From positions 1 to 64,000 of the forward strand of contig QPMI01000269.1 in assembly GCA_004431415.1 (NCBI GenBank): a stretch of 64,000 nucleotides of DNA. Direction: 5' to 3'. Made by a program: the position numbers and the translations under genes. Every line of letters begins with the position of its first letter. The first letter of the stretch is position 1. Under the pieces are notes generated by a model. The model was given only the letters and a program-made list of their open reading frames with translations. It had not been told where the DNA came from and searched no databases. Origin of the DNA: Cyanophora paradoxa CCMP329. Its lineage: Eukaryota; Plantae; Glaucophyta. This document shows, in pieces, positions 1 through 10,655 of the stretch.

Positions 1-1377
1 CTGAGCGCCACGCCGGCGCTGACGGCGGCGCAGACGTGATGCGGCCGCTGTACGGGACGGACTACGGCATCGCGTGCTGCGTCAGCCCATGGTGCGCGGG
101 GCGGGGTGGGGCGGGGCAGGGCGGGCGGCCGGCAGCTGACGGGCGGGGCAGGCGATGGGGAAGCAGATGCAGTTCTTCGGGGCGCGCTGCAACCTGGCGA
201 AGCTGCTGCTGTACTCGATCAACCAGGGGGCGGACGAGATGTCGGGCCACCAGGTGGGCCCCAAGTTCACGCCCCTCAAGGACGGCCCGCTGGACTTCGA
301 GGCCGTCATGAAGAACTTCGACGAGGCGATGGAGTGGCTCGCCGGCCTCTACGTCCGCACCATGAACAGTGCGCCCCGCCGCGCCCCGCCCGCCCCGCCC
401 GCCCGACGCGGCCGACGGGGCGCGCAGCAATCCACTTCTCGCACGACAAGTACTGCTACGAGTCGCTGGAGATGGCGCTGCACGAGACGAACGTGGGGCG
501 CAACATGGCGTTCGGCATCGCCGGCCTCTCGGTGGTCGCCGACTCGCTCTCGGCGATCAAGCACGCCAAGGTGACGCCCGTGCGCAACGACAAGGGCATC
601 GCCACCGCCTTCACCGTCGAGGGCGACTTCCCCAAGTACGGCAACGACGACGACCGCGTCGACTCCATCGCCAAGCAGGCCCGCCCCGCCCCGCCCCGCC
701 CGCTCGTCGGCTCTGACGCGCCCCGCGGCGGCAGATCACGAACAGCTTCATCACGAAGCTGCGCAAGCACCCGACGTACCGTAACGCGACGCACACGCTC
801 TCCGTGCTCACCATCACTTCCAACGTCGGTGCGTCCGCCACCGCCTCCGCCGCCGCCGCCGCCGCGGGCAGCCGACGCGCGGGGCGACAGTGTACGGGAA
901 GAACACCGGCTCGACCCCCGACGGGCGCAAGGCCGGCGAGGCGTTCGCTCCCGGCGCGAGCCCCATGCAGTGCGCCACCGCCCCGCCCTCGGCGCGGCGG
1001 CGGCCGACGCGTCGCGCAGCGGGCGGGACCAGTGCGGCGCGCTGGCGTCGCTGAACTCGGTGGCCAAGCTGCGGTTCAGCGACTGCCAGGACGGGATCTC
1101 GAACACCTTCTCGGTGGTCAAGTCGGCGCTGGGCAAGGGGGACGAGGACCGGGTGAACAACCTGGTGGGGCTCCTGAGCGGCTACTTCGGGCAGCAGGCG
1201 CACCACCTCAACGTGAACGTGCTGAACCGGGAGACGCTGCTGGACGCGGTGGAGCACCCGGAGAAGTACCCGAGCCTCACCATCCGCGTCTCGGGCTACG
1301 CCGTCAACTTCGTCCGCCTCACCAAGGCCCAGCAGATGGAGGTCATCGCCCGCACCTTCCACGAGAAGCTCTGCTAG
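1..1377 (+). CDS. PFL: Pyruvate formate-lyase (glycyl radical enzyme), copy 1, 3' part; 5' end is outside the window; multi-exon
   Basis: Spliced translation gives [20 protein letters not shown] (active-site Cys-Cys), [41 protein letters not shown] and the glycyl-radical loop [15 protein letters not shown]; stop TAG at 1375-1377. Example intron 679-734 is GC-AG. Confidence 0.97.
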
Positions 1378-1700
1378 GTGTAGACTGCTTTCGGTTTTCC
1401 CCGGATTATTTCTGGACGCGCCGCCTACTTATCAGTATGTAAGCTTCCTGTATCGGTACCGGTAGTCAGAACAGGCTAGGGCAGTCCGCAGACCGTATGA
1501 CCTGCGCTACAGAATGAATGCGTTGCTTCAGGGGTCATTTACTGGGCGCCACGTCGCTCCAGTACGTGTGTTTCGTTTCAGGCGTTGCGTGTACTTTCAC
1601 ATAGTTGTATAGCCGCGAATAATGTATTACATTAGCACGATCCTGAGTTATCCCCTCGCGGAGCTCGCCGCTCGCACTCGCATGCGGAGCTCGCACGAAG

Positions 1701-1755
1701 GGACATGATATACGACATTGACGCCGACGGGACATGATTCGACATTGACGCCGAC
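1701..1755. repeat. Two-copy imperfect ~28-bp tandem repeat in the intergenic region
   Basis: ggacatgatatacgacattgacgccgac followed by gggacatgattcgacattgacgccgac. Confidence 0.8.
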
Positions 1756-2251
1756 AAGGCCCCGAGGCGAAGAATCCGTTCCGCAACCCTTGCATGCAAG
1801 CAAGCTGCGCAGCAAGTCTCATGATCAGAGTCTTAGCTAGCGCTAGCGTCGAGCGAACGAAGTCACCCGGGGTACAGTGGGACGCATCGTCGCGCTCGCC
1901 GACCGCAGGCGCGGCTGCAGCTGCAGCAAGCCGCTGAGCAGCCGCCCAGGCCGCGTACGGCGTCGTGCTGCAGCAAGCAGCCAGTCTTGGATCTCCTGCA
2001 GAGTGAGTGCCACCTCGGGTCGACTGGAAAAGCTGGCGTATAGCGCGGCCAGCAGGGCAAAGAGACAGCAGGGCATCTGCAGGGCAACTGCAGGTTGGCG
2101 CCAACCACATCTCCTGCACGAGTCAGAGTCAGTGCGTTCTCGTCCGATCTTCGAAGTGTGCGCTCTGCTGATCGATCCGCGCGGCCGCCGGGCAATCGCA
2201 GAAGATCGCCCTGCCAACTTTTAAAGGCGCTTGAGCACATAGCATTCGGAG

Positions 2252-5200
2252 ATGAAGTTCGGCGCAACGCTCGCGGAGCAGCAGGTGCCGGAATGGGCGC
2301 CAGCGTACGTTGAGTACAGGCGAATGAAGAAGAAGATCAAAGCGATGGTCCAGCACGCGAAAGAGCCCACCCACGTGCAGAAGGGTGCCTCGCTGGCCGC
2401 GCCGGCGCGGCGCCGGGGCGGGGCGCTCACTCGGGGCGGGCAGGGGAGGCGGCGGAGGCGGGCAAGTCGCTGCTGGTGGGGGCGGACCCGCACGGGATGC
2501 CGCGAGCGAGCATGGACGTGCGGCGGAGCTTCGAGCTGGTGCGGAAGAGCTTCGAGGGGCGGCGCTCGGGGACGCCGGCGCGGGCGGAGGGGACGCCGCA
2601 CGTGTACGACCCCGACGAGGAGGAGGCGAGCTTCTTCCGCATGCTCGAGCACCAGGCCGACGACTGCAACCGCTTCTACGAGCAGGCGCGCCCCGGGCGC
2701 GCGGGGGGCGGGCTCGGGCGGGGCGGCGACGGGGCGCAGCGGGTGGCGGACTTCGAGAAGCGGCAGCGGGCGCTGGAGGGGCAGGTGGAGCGGCTGATGG
2801 CGGAGGCGCTCGCCCGGCACCACCAGCGCGCCCGCCGCTCCATCCTCGCCGCCTTCCGCGAGTCCGCCCCCGCCCCGCCCCCGCCCCCCCGGGGGCCTCG
2901 CCCACCCCGCCCCGCCCCCGCAGGCTCCACTCCGCCCTCGACAAGCTCACCAACTACTGCGTTCTTAACCTCACCGCCTTCTCCAAGATCTGCAAGAAGG
3001 CGCGCCGGCGCCCTCGGCCCCGCTCGGCGCCGGCACGCGACGCCGGGCGGGGCGCAGTACCAGCGGCTGCTGCCGTGGCGGCACGTGACGGCGGAGCGGC
3101 GCGTGCGGGAGCTCTTGCGCAGCGTCGACCAGGTGCGAGCCCGAGGGGCGGGCGCTCCGCACCCGCGCTGCGGGGCCTGACTGGGCTCTGGGCGGCGGCA
3201 GCGGGCGTTTGCGAAGCACGAGGCGCTGCAGGCGCTGCGGGAGAGCACGGAGGCCGGCCGCCCCGCCCCGCCCCCCGGCGGCGCCGCGGCTGAGGGGCGC
3301 GCAGCGGCTCTTCGCGGAGCACTTCACGGGGGGCGACCGCCGCCTCGCCGTCAACCGCATGCGGGTCGTGCGCCCCGCGCCCCCCGCCCCCGCCCGCCGG
3401 AGGCCGAGCGGGCGCGCCCCGCGCCCGCTGCGCCGCGCAGGTGCCGGTGAGCTACACGGAGGTGGACGTGCTGCGGCTGGGGCTCTACGTGGGCGCCTGC
3501 GCGCCCTCGCCCTCGTCCTCGCCGCCCTCCTCGCCACCGCCGACGCCCCGCCCTCTCCTCCCCACCGCCTTCGCCGTCCTCCGCGTCTACAAGGCCCGCC
3601 CCCCCGCACGCCCCGCCCCGCCCCGCCCCGAGCGCCCCCGAGCGCCCCCGCAGGGCCTCGCCATGCTCATCCTCATGGCCTGGCTCTGGTGCACCCCGCC
3701 CCGCCGCGCCCACAGCGCCGCGGGGCGCTCAGGGCGGGGGCGGGGCGCAGGGCCGGCAACGTCTTCGTCTTCCACCGCTACCACGTCAACTACCGCGTGC
3801 GCCGCGCCCCGCCGCCGGCCCCGCGGGGCCTGCATCGCGCTGCCGGCGAGCGGGACCGGCAGTTCATCTTCGAGCTTGACGTCTCCTCCGCCCTCGAGTA
3901 CCACCAACTCGCCGAGGTGCCCCCGCCCCCCCCGCCCCCGCGCACCCGCCCCCCGCCGCCTTCCCCCGACGTCGCCCGCCCCGCGCCCAGCTTGCCGCCT
4001 TCTTGACAGCGCTGTGGCTCGCAAGCGCCTGCGCCTACGTCTGCGCCATCGCCGGCCTGCCCCCGCACCCCAAGACGGTGCGGCGGCCCGCGCAGCGCCG
4101 GCGGCCACGGGGCGCTGGCGGGGGCTGAGGGGGCGGCAGGTGCCGGCCTACGTGCACCCGCTCTCCCTCGTCCTCCTCTTCATCCTCATCGCCGCCTGGC
4201 CCGGGCGCCAGCTCTTCACCAAGTCCCGCCGCTGGCTTGCCCGGTGCGCCCCGGCCCCCGGGGGGCAGGCGGGGCGGGGCGGGGCCGGGGCGGGTGCGAG
4301 GGGCCCCGGGGGGCGGGGGCGCAGGGCGCTGGTGGAGGTCGCGCTCGCGCCCCTCTTCTTCGTCGAGTTCCGGTGCCCGCCCCGCCCCGCACCCGCCCTG
4401 GGGCCCCGCCGGCCCCGCCCCTCGAGCCCCGCCCCGCGCCCCGCCAGGCACTTCTTCCTGGGGGACCAGCTGACCTCGAACACGCGCACGCTCCTCGACA
4501 TCGAGTTCATCGCCTGCTTCTTCCTCTCCGGCTCCTTCCTCCACCCGGGTGCGCCCCCGCCCCCTCCCGCACCCCGGCCCCATCCCACGCCCCGCCCAGA
4601 CGTCGACGAGCACCGCTGCACCGCCGTCCGCTGGCCCCGCCCCCTCCCCGCCTCGCGCGCGCCGCGGCCGAGCGGGTGCGGGGCGGCCGGCGCAGGTCAA
4701 CGCCGCCTTCACGCCGGCCATCGCCGCCCTGCCCTTCTGGCCCGCCCCGCCCCCTTGCGGCCCCCCAAGCGTCCCCCCGATGCTCGCCGCAGGTTCCGCT
4801 TCGCGCAGTGCGGGCGCCGCTACCGCGACACCCGCGACACGTGCGCCCCGCCCTCTCCCTGCCCTGCCCTCTCCACCGCTGCCCCTCTCACCGCCCCCGC
4901 AGCGTCCACGTGCGGCCGGCCCGCCGCCCCGCCGCGCCTCGCCCGGCGACCGCGCCGGCAGATCGTGAACGCGGGGAAGTACTTCAGCGGGCTTCTCGCC
5001 GTCGCCATGCAGACCACCCACCAGCACTTCCCCCGTGCGCTCCCTGCGGACCCAGCGACGCGCTCCCCGCCGGTTGCCCCCTGACGCGGGGGCCGGGGGC
5101 GTCGCGGCAGACGTGATCTCCAAGGGGGCGTGGGTCGGGGCGCAACTGGCGGCGACCCTCTACTCCCTCTCCTGGGACTTCAAGATGGACTGGGGGCTCC

Positions 5201-6296
5201 TCGCCTGCGCCCCGTCCGCACCCCCCGCCCCCGCGCCCCGTCCCCTCCTGGCGGCGAGGCGGGGGCGGGGCGGGGCAGCGGGGGCGGGGCGCTGCTGCGG
5301 CCGCAGTTGATGTACGGGCCGCGGGCCTACTACGCGGCGATGGTGGCCGACGCCCTCCTCCGCTTCACCTGGGTCTTCTCCGCGTGGCCCCAGGCGCGGC
5401 GCCCACCCGCCCCGCCCCGCCCCGCCCGCCCTCGCTCCCCCTGGCCTCACGCTCGCCCTCGGCAGGCCCTCGGGGTCGCCCTCCACCCGGAGCAGGTGAG
5501 CCTGCAAACCCCCGCCCCCGAGCCGGCGGCGTCCCGAGGCGCCCCCTCACCCCGCGCCAGCTCTTCCTGGCGCTGCAGACGGGCGAGATCTGCCGCCGCT
5601 TCATGTGGAATCTCTTCCGTGCGCCCCGCGCTGCCGCCCCGCACCGCCGCCGCGCGCGAGGCGGGGGCGCGGCAGGGCTCGAGAACGAGCAGCTGAACAA
5701 CCAGGGCCAGTTTCGGGCCGTGCGGGCGATCCCGCTGCCCTACTTCGTGCGCGCCAAGTCCGATGGCGAGCTCGAGGTGCCGGCCCCCGCCCGCTCCGCC
5801 CCGCCCCGCCCCAGCGCCGCCGGGGCCCCAACCAACGGGGCGGGGCAGACGGACGGGGAGCACCCGGAGGGCTCGCCGCCGCCCGGGGTGCAGCTGCGCG
5901 TGGTGCCCGTGCGGGTGCACTCGCCGCCGCCCGGGCCCACCCCGCAGCCGCCCCGCGCTCGGGCTCGACCGCCTCCTCCGCCGCCGCCGCGGGGCCGGCG
6001 CGCGGGCCCCGGAGCCGGCCTCGGAGGTCCCCTCGGGCTCCGACCCCGGCGCCTCCGTCCGCGGGGACCCCGCCATCGCGGAGGAGCCACCGGCGCCGGC
6101 GACGGCGGGCGCCGGCGAGGGCGAGGGCGAGGGCGAGAGGGAGGGCGCGATCGTGCACCCGATCCCGATCCCCCTGGCGCGCTCGGTATCGTCGGGGAGC
6201 GTGGGGACGCCGAAGGGGCCGGGGGCGCAGCCGTTCAGCACCCTCGCGAGGAACCGCTCCTCCCGCGTCTTCCACGCCATCGACCCCTCCGAGTGA
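2252..6296 (+). CDS. SPX-EXS domain phosphate exporter (XPR1/SYG1/PHO1 family), about 26 introns
   Basis: N-terminal SPX motif MKFGATL..QVPEWAPAYVEYRRMKKKIK and NYCVLNLTAFSKICKK; EXS motifs [65 protein letters not shown]. Confidence 0.95.
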
Positions 6297-6724
6297 CGCC
6301 CCCGCCCTGCCGCCCCGCCCCCCCGCTTATCGATGTCTACCATCATCAAGCTTGAGCTCGGATTCGAATATTCGATGATCGGTATGCCCCCAACTATACC
6401 GGAGTACCATTTCTCTCCGGGGCTCGGCGAGGGCTTCCTGACGCCGCGGGACAGCGACCGGCTGCTGCCCCCGGTCCAGTTTTATGATTATTGAAGGCGT
6501 TTGTATAAAAGGCCTAATCCTCGCCTACCATCGGGCCGGTAGCCCTCTCCGCAATCCTCCCCTCTCCTCTTCCTCTTCTCTCATCTCCTCTAGATCTCCG
6601 GAGGAGACTTCTCTCAGGTAGGAGAGGAGAGCCTCTCCGCTCGGCAGGCCAATTTATGTCTCCTCCAGGCTCTCCTCTCCTACCCTAGGCCTACCCTTCC
6701 CCCTACCCTCGCAGCTGCAGGCTC

Positions 6725-6808
6725 CTCTAGATCTAGATCTCCTCTCCGCTCCGCCTACGCTGTTGGTTGCCAGCGTAGGCGGAGCGGAGAGGAGATCTAG
6801 ATCTAGAG
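6725..6808. repeat. Perfect inverted repeat (hairpin): 38-bp arms, 8-nt loop
   Basis: 6725-6762 ctctagatctagatctcctctccgctccgcctacgctg is the exact reverse complement of 6771-6808; loop ttggttgc. Confidence 0.97.
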
Positions 6809-7229
6809 CTGGCGGCCAGTGGCGGGGCCCGCGGCCCAGTGTTGAGCTAGCAATCATTGAATCCTCCGTTCCCCCTACCTATAGCTATCACCCCTATAAT
6901 ACTATGATAGCTAGCTATAGGGGTGGCACGCGTACGGGGACAACAATTTCGTAGAGTGAGTGAGTCTAGATCTGACCTGCGGGGCCATGATCAGCAGTAT
7001 GACAGTACTCGTAGATTTGATCCGACAGAACTTCACTACTTTAGCCTCTATATATGATCTCCACTAGGCCGATCTCCGGGAATGACAAAATCCGTCTAAA
7101 CACGCAAGCGCCGGGCTCTTAAAGCCCCCGCACTCTCCGTCCGAAATTTTCATGATCATTTGATCTGATATCGATCATGCGTCGCTGTCGGAAAAGCGAG
7201 CATGCGCAATCGGATTCGAACCGGAGTCT

Positions 7230-9063
7230 CTAACGACGCCAGAGCGAACTGCCGGAATTGAACCCGGGTCGCCCGCAACAACAAATCCCGCTAGGCGAGT
7301 CCTGAGAGGCGAAGTTGGGACCATGATTTCGTCGCCGCTGGCGCCGGCGAGGGAGGCGAAGGAGGCGGGGCCCGAGGAGGAGGCGCCCCGCGGGGACTGC
7401 CCCGCTGCGCTCTCCACGCGCAAGCGAGCTCGGCGGGCTTGGCCGCCCCGCCATCGAGGCCGACGAGGCGGAGCCAGCGGCTACGAAGCGGACGCGGCCG
7501 CCGGGGCCGTCGGAGAGCGAGGCGGCGTGGAAGGAGATCGCCGGTGTCCGCTCCGGCGTGCGCCCCGAGGGCGGCGGCCGCGCGTTCAGCGCCGCCGGCG
7601 CGGGCGCGACGTCCACCGAGACCACCGCGTCCGACCGCAGCGTCTGCCCCGCCCGCCCCGCCTCAGGGCGGGAGCGCCGGGCGGGCCGGGGGTGCGGGGC
7701 GAACGGGCGGACCTTGCCGAAGGTCTGGACGACGGCGTTGGCGGCGGCGGCCTGGTGGAAGCCCTGGCCGCCGCCCATGCCGAAGGACCTGCGGGGGGCG
7801 GCTGGCGCATCAGAGGGGCGCCGTGCGGGGCGGGGCGGGGCGGGGCGGGGCGGGCCAGATGAGGGTCATGAGGAACTTGTGGAGGCCCATCACGGAGAGG
7901 TCCTCCTCAAAGTCCGCCGGGTCCTGGCCCCCGGCCCCGCCCGTCGGCCCCGCCCCGCGCGGCCGGCGCGGCGCCGGCGGTGGATGGAGGGCGCACCAGC
8001 TCGAGGGCCGGGAGGCCCGGGGCGGCCGGCGGCACGGCGACGCTGCCGGCCGAGGCCGCCCCGTGCGGCGCCGCCACCGCCAGCGGCGGCGCGTGTCGCC
8101 TCGCCTGCGCCAGCGCCTCAGGTGCGAAACGGGGGAGGGCGCGGGGGCCTCAGCGCACGTCGGGTGTTCCCGGCCCGGCGCCGCCCTCGTCCCCCGAAGA
8201 GGGCGTCCCGGGCCGCGCATAGGCCGCCGCCGGCAGCCCGCTGAAGCTGCCGAAGGCCGGGAGCAAGAAGCTCCCGCTCCGCGCGCCGGCGCCCGAGAAG
8301 TCGAAGCTGCCGTTGAGCGGCAGGGGAAAGCCGGGGCGCGGGGCCGCGGCGACGGCGGGGGCGTCGATCTGCAGGCTCGCCAGCCCACCACCGCTGTTGA
8401 AAGTGGCGGCGGCGAGGTCGCCGAGCTCGGAGCCCGAGGCCGGGGCGGCGGGGCGGCGATCGACATGCGCCGGGCGCGCGCGCGGGCGAAGGCCGGCGAC
8501 GGCCCTCCCGCCCTCTGCCGGCGGCACCGGCAGGCCCTCCCCGTGCGGCGCGCCCTGCGCCGGCCGCACGTCGGCGCGGGCGCGAGGACGGAGCGCGGCC
8601 GCAGCTTCCGCGGGGCACCTCGTCGTGGGCGGCGCTTGTGGGGCGCTCGTCGGGGCGGGGCCGCCGAACAGGCTGTGGAACGAGGCTGGCGCCACTGGCG
8701 CCATCGTCGTCGTCGTCGGCGGCTCCTGCGGGCGGCGCCGTCAGCGCCGCCGGCGGCGGCCGGCGGCGGAGGGCGGGCGGGCGCTCGCCTGGGGCACGAG
8801 CATGTTCGCAACCCTGGCGTGCGTGCGGGCGGGCGGGCGGTCAGAGCGGGGCGGACGGGGCGGAAATGAGCGAGGGCGCCGGCGCACATCTCGGGGGCAG
8901 CATGGCGGCGGCGATGGACATGCGCCGCGAGCGGCCGCGCACGCCAAAGGGCCCGCCGGCGGCAGACCCTCGCCCTCCACGCCGGGCGCCTGCGCGGCAG
9001 GGCTGTCAGGCGGGGCGGGGCAGGGCGCTCGAGGCGGGCTCGCCTGCGGGGGCAGCGTCCCCC

Positions 9064-9096
<33 letters not shown>

Positions 9097-10655
9097 AGTG
9101 GCCGAGGCCTGCCCGGAGGAGAGGCGGCGGGAGCAGCGGCGGCCGAAGAGCAGCGGGGCCCCGTCGTGCTGCGCGGCGGGGCGTCGAAGGCGCAGAGCAG
9201 AGCGGGGGCGGGGCGTGGGGCGCACGTGGTCGGCGAAGGGTTGGCGGGGGGCGAAGAGCGGCTGCGGCTGCGCGAAGCGCCGGTTAAGCGAGCGCGGCAC
9301 GCCCGGCCGCTCCCCTGCAACGAGGCCGGCCCCGCTCACCTCGTCCGACGCTTCCTCCGCCCACCCCGCCCGGCGCCGCTGCGGCGGCGGCCGCAGCCGC
9401 GCTGGCGCTGGCGGCGGCCGCAGCCGCGGAGGTTCGCGCAGGGCCGGCGAGCAGTGTTGGCTGACGCGCGCTAGACACCGCGCCGCGCTGTCGACCGGAT
9501 CAGGCGGCGACAGGGACGCGCCGGGGGCGGGGCGGCTCGCCTGGGCGGAGGCGGCGGAGGCGGCGGCGGCGGAGGCGGCGATGTGGGCGGCGAGGGCGGC
9601 GGCGGCGGGGAAGTCCTTCTTGGGGACGCGGCGGGCGACCGACCAGCAGAGGGCCTCGCAGAACTCAAAGTACTCCATCTGCGCCCCCGCCCGGCTCGAG
9701 GCGGCGGGGGCGGGCGGGGCGGGCGGGGCGGGGCGGGGCGGGCGGGGCGGACCAGCATGCCGGACATGAGGGACTTGTCGTCGGGCTCGTCCGCCAGGTA
9801 CTTCACCTGCGCCGCCCGCCTCGGCCGGCGGTCGCGGCGGGGCGGGGCGTGCGGGGGCGGCGCCGCCGCCGCACCATCTCCTTGCGGTTGCAGCGCACGA
9901 AGCCGCGGATGACCTTCGGGTAGTCGATCTGGCCCCGGTACGCCGATTCCTGCCGCGCGCGGGGGACGGGCTCGGGCTCGGGCGACTCGGGTCTCGCGAG
10001 CGGGCTCAGCCGCGGGGGGCGGGGCGGGGCCGGGCGCACGTCGAACATCTGGATGAACTCGGAGAGGGACATCTTCGCTGCGCCCTCGTCCCGCACCGCC
10101 GAGTACGACCGGAACACCTGCCGGCCCCCGGCGAGCCTCAGCCGCCGCCGCGGGCGCGCGGCCCAGCGGGGCGGGCGTGGCGGGGCGGGGCGGGGCGGGG
10201 CGGGCGGGCCTGGCGGAGGGCCCCTCGACCTGCATGAAGATCGACTGCGCGGGCGCGGGCGGGGCGTCAGCGGCGGGGCGGGCGGCCTCGCGCGGGCGGG
10301 GCGGGGCGGGGCGGACGAGGAACTCGGGCGGTCGGCGATCTTGGAGTCCTCGGAGAAGAGCGCCTTGCGCTTGGCCTCCCCAGAGGCTCGATGTACGTCT
10401 GCAGCAGCGACTCCAGCCGCTGCCCGCCCCGCCCCCATCAGCGCCGGGCGCAGCGCGGGGCCGGGCCGGGGCGCGCCTCGGCGACGCAGGACTGGCAGTC
10501 GCGGCGCGCATCGACTGGGCGGGGCGATGTGGGCGGCGAGGGCGCGGTACAGCGATCGCGGCGAGCCTCACCCACACCCTCGCGGCTCGTGCTGGAATGC
10601 AGCTGAAAGAAGTATTATATAAGCCTTGGTTGAAGGTAAGGGCCGTCATCGCCAT
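7230..10655 (-). CDS. Uncharacterised multi-exon protein with a possible EF-hand-like helical N-terminal region and low-complexity C-terminus; start uncertain
   Basis: Exons splice to ...LESLLQTYIEPLGEAKRKALFSEDSKIAD...VFRSYSAVRDEGAAKMSLSEFIQMFDESAYRGQIDYPKVIRGFVRCNRKEMVKYLADE...MEYFEFCEALCWSVARR...FEEDLSVMGLHKFLMTLI...FGMGGGQGFHQAAAANAVVQTFGK, flanked by typical introns. Confidence 0.65.

Noticed and set aside
82-92. Apparent frameshift after the CCVS motif in PFL copy 1 (agcccatg vs agccccatg in copy 2), suggesting a pseudogene
   Set aside because: Single-base homopolymer difference of the kind seen throughout, including between the duplicated units; most likely sequencing error.
1701-1755. 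Repeat pair as a mini CRISPR array
   Set aside because: Only two adjacent units, no spacers, no cas genes, eukaryotic context.
5200-5285. Possible CT-AG intron (gc|ctgcgc...cag) in the SPX-EXS gene
   Set aside because: Single case; a neighbouring GC donor plus one G-run indel explains it equally well. Needs cDNA.
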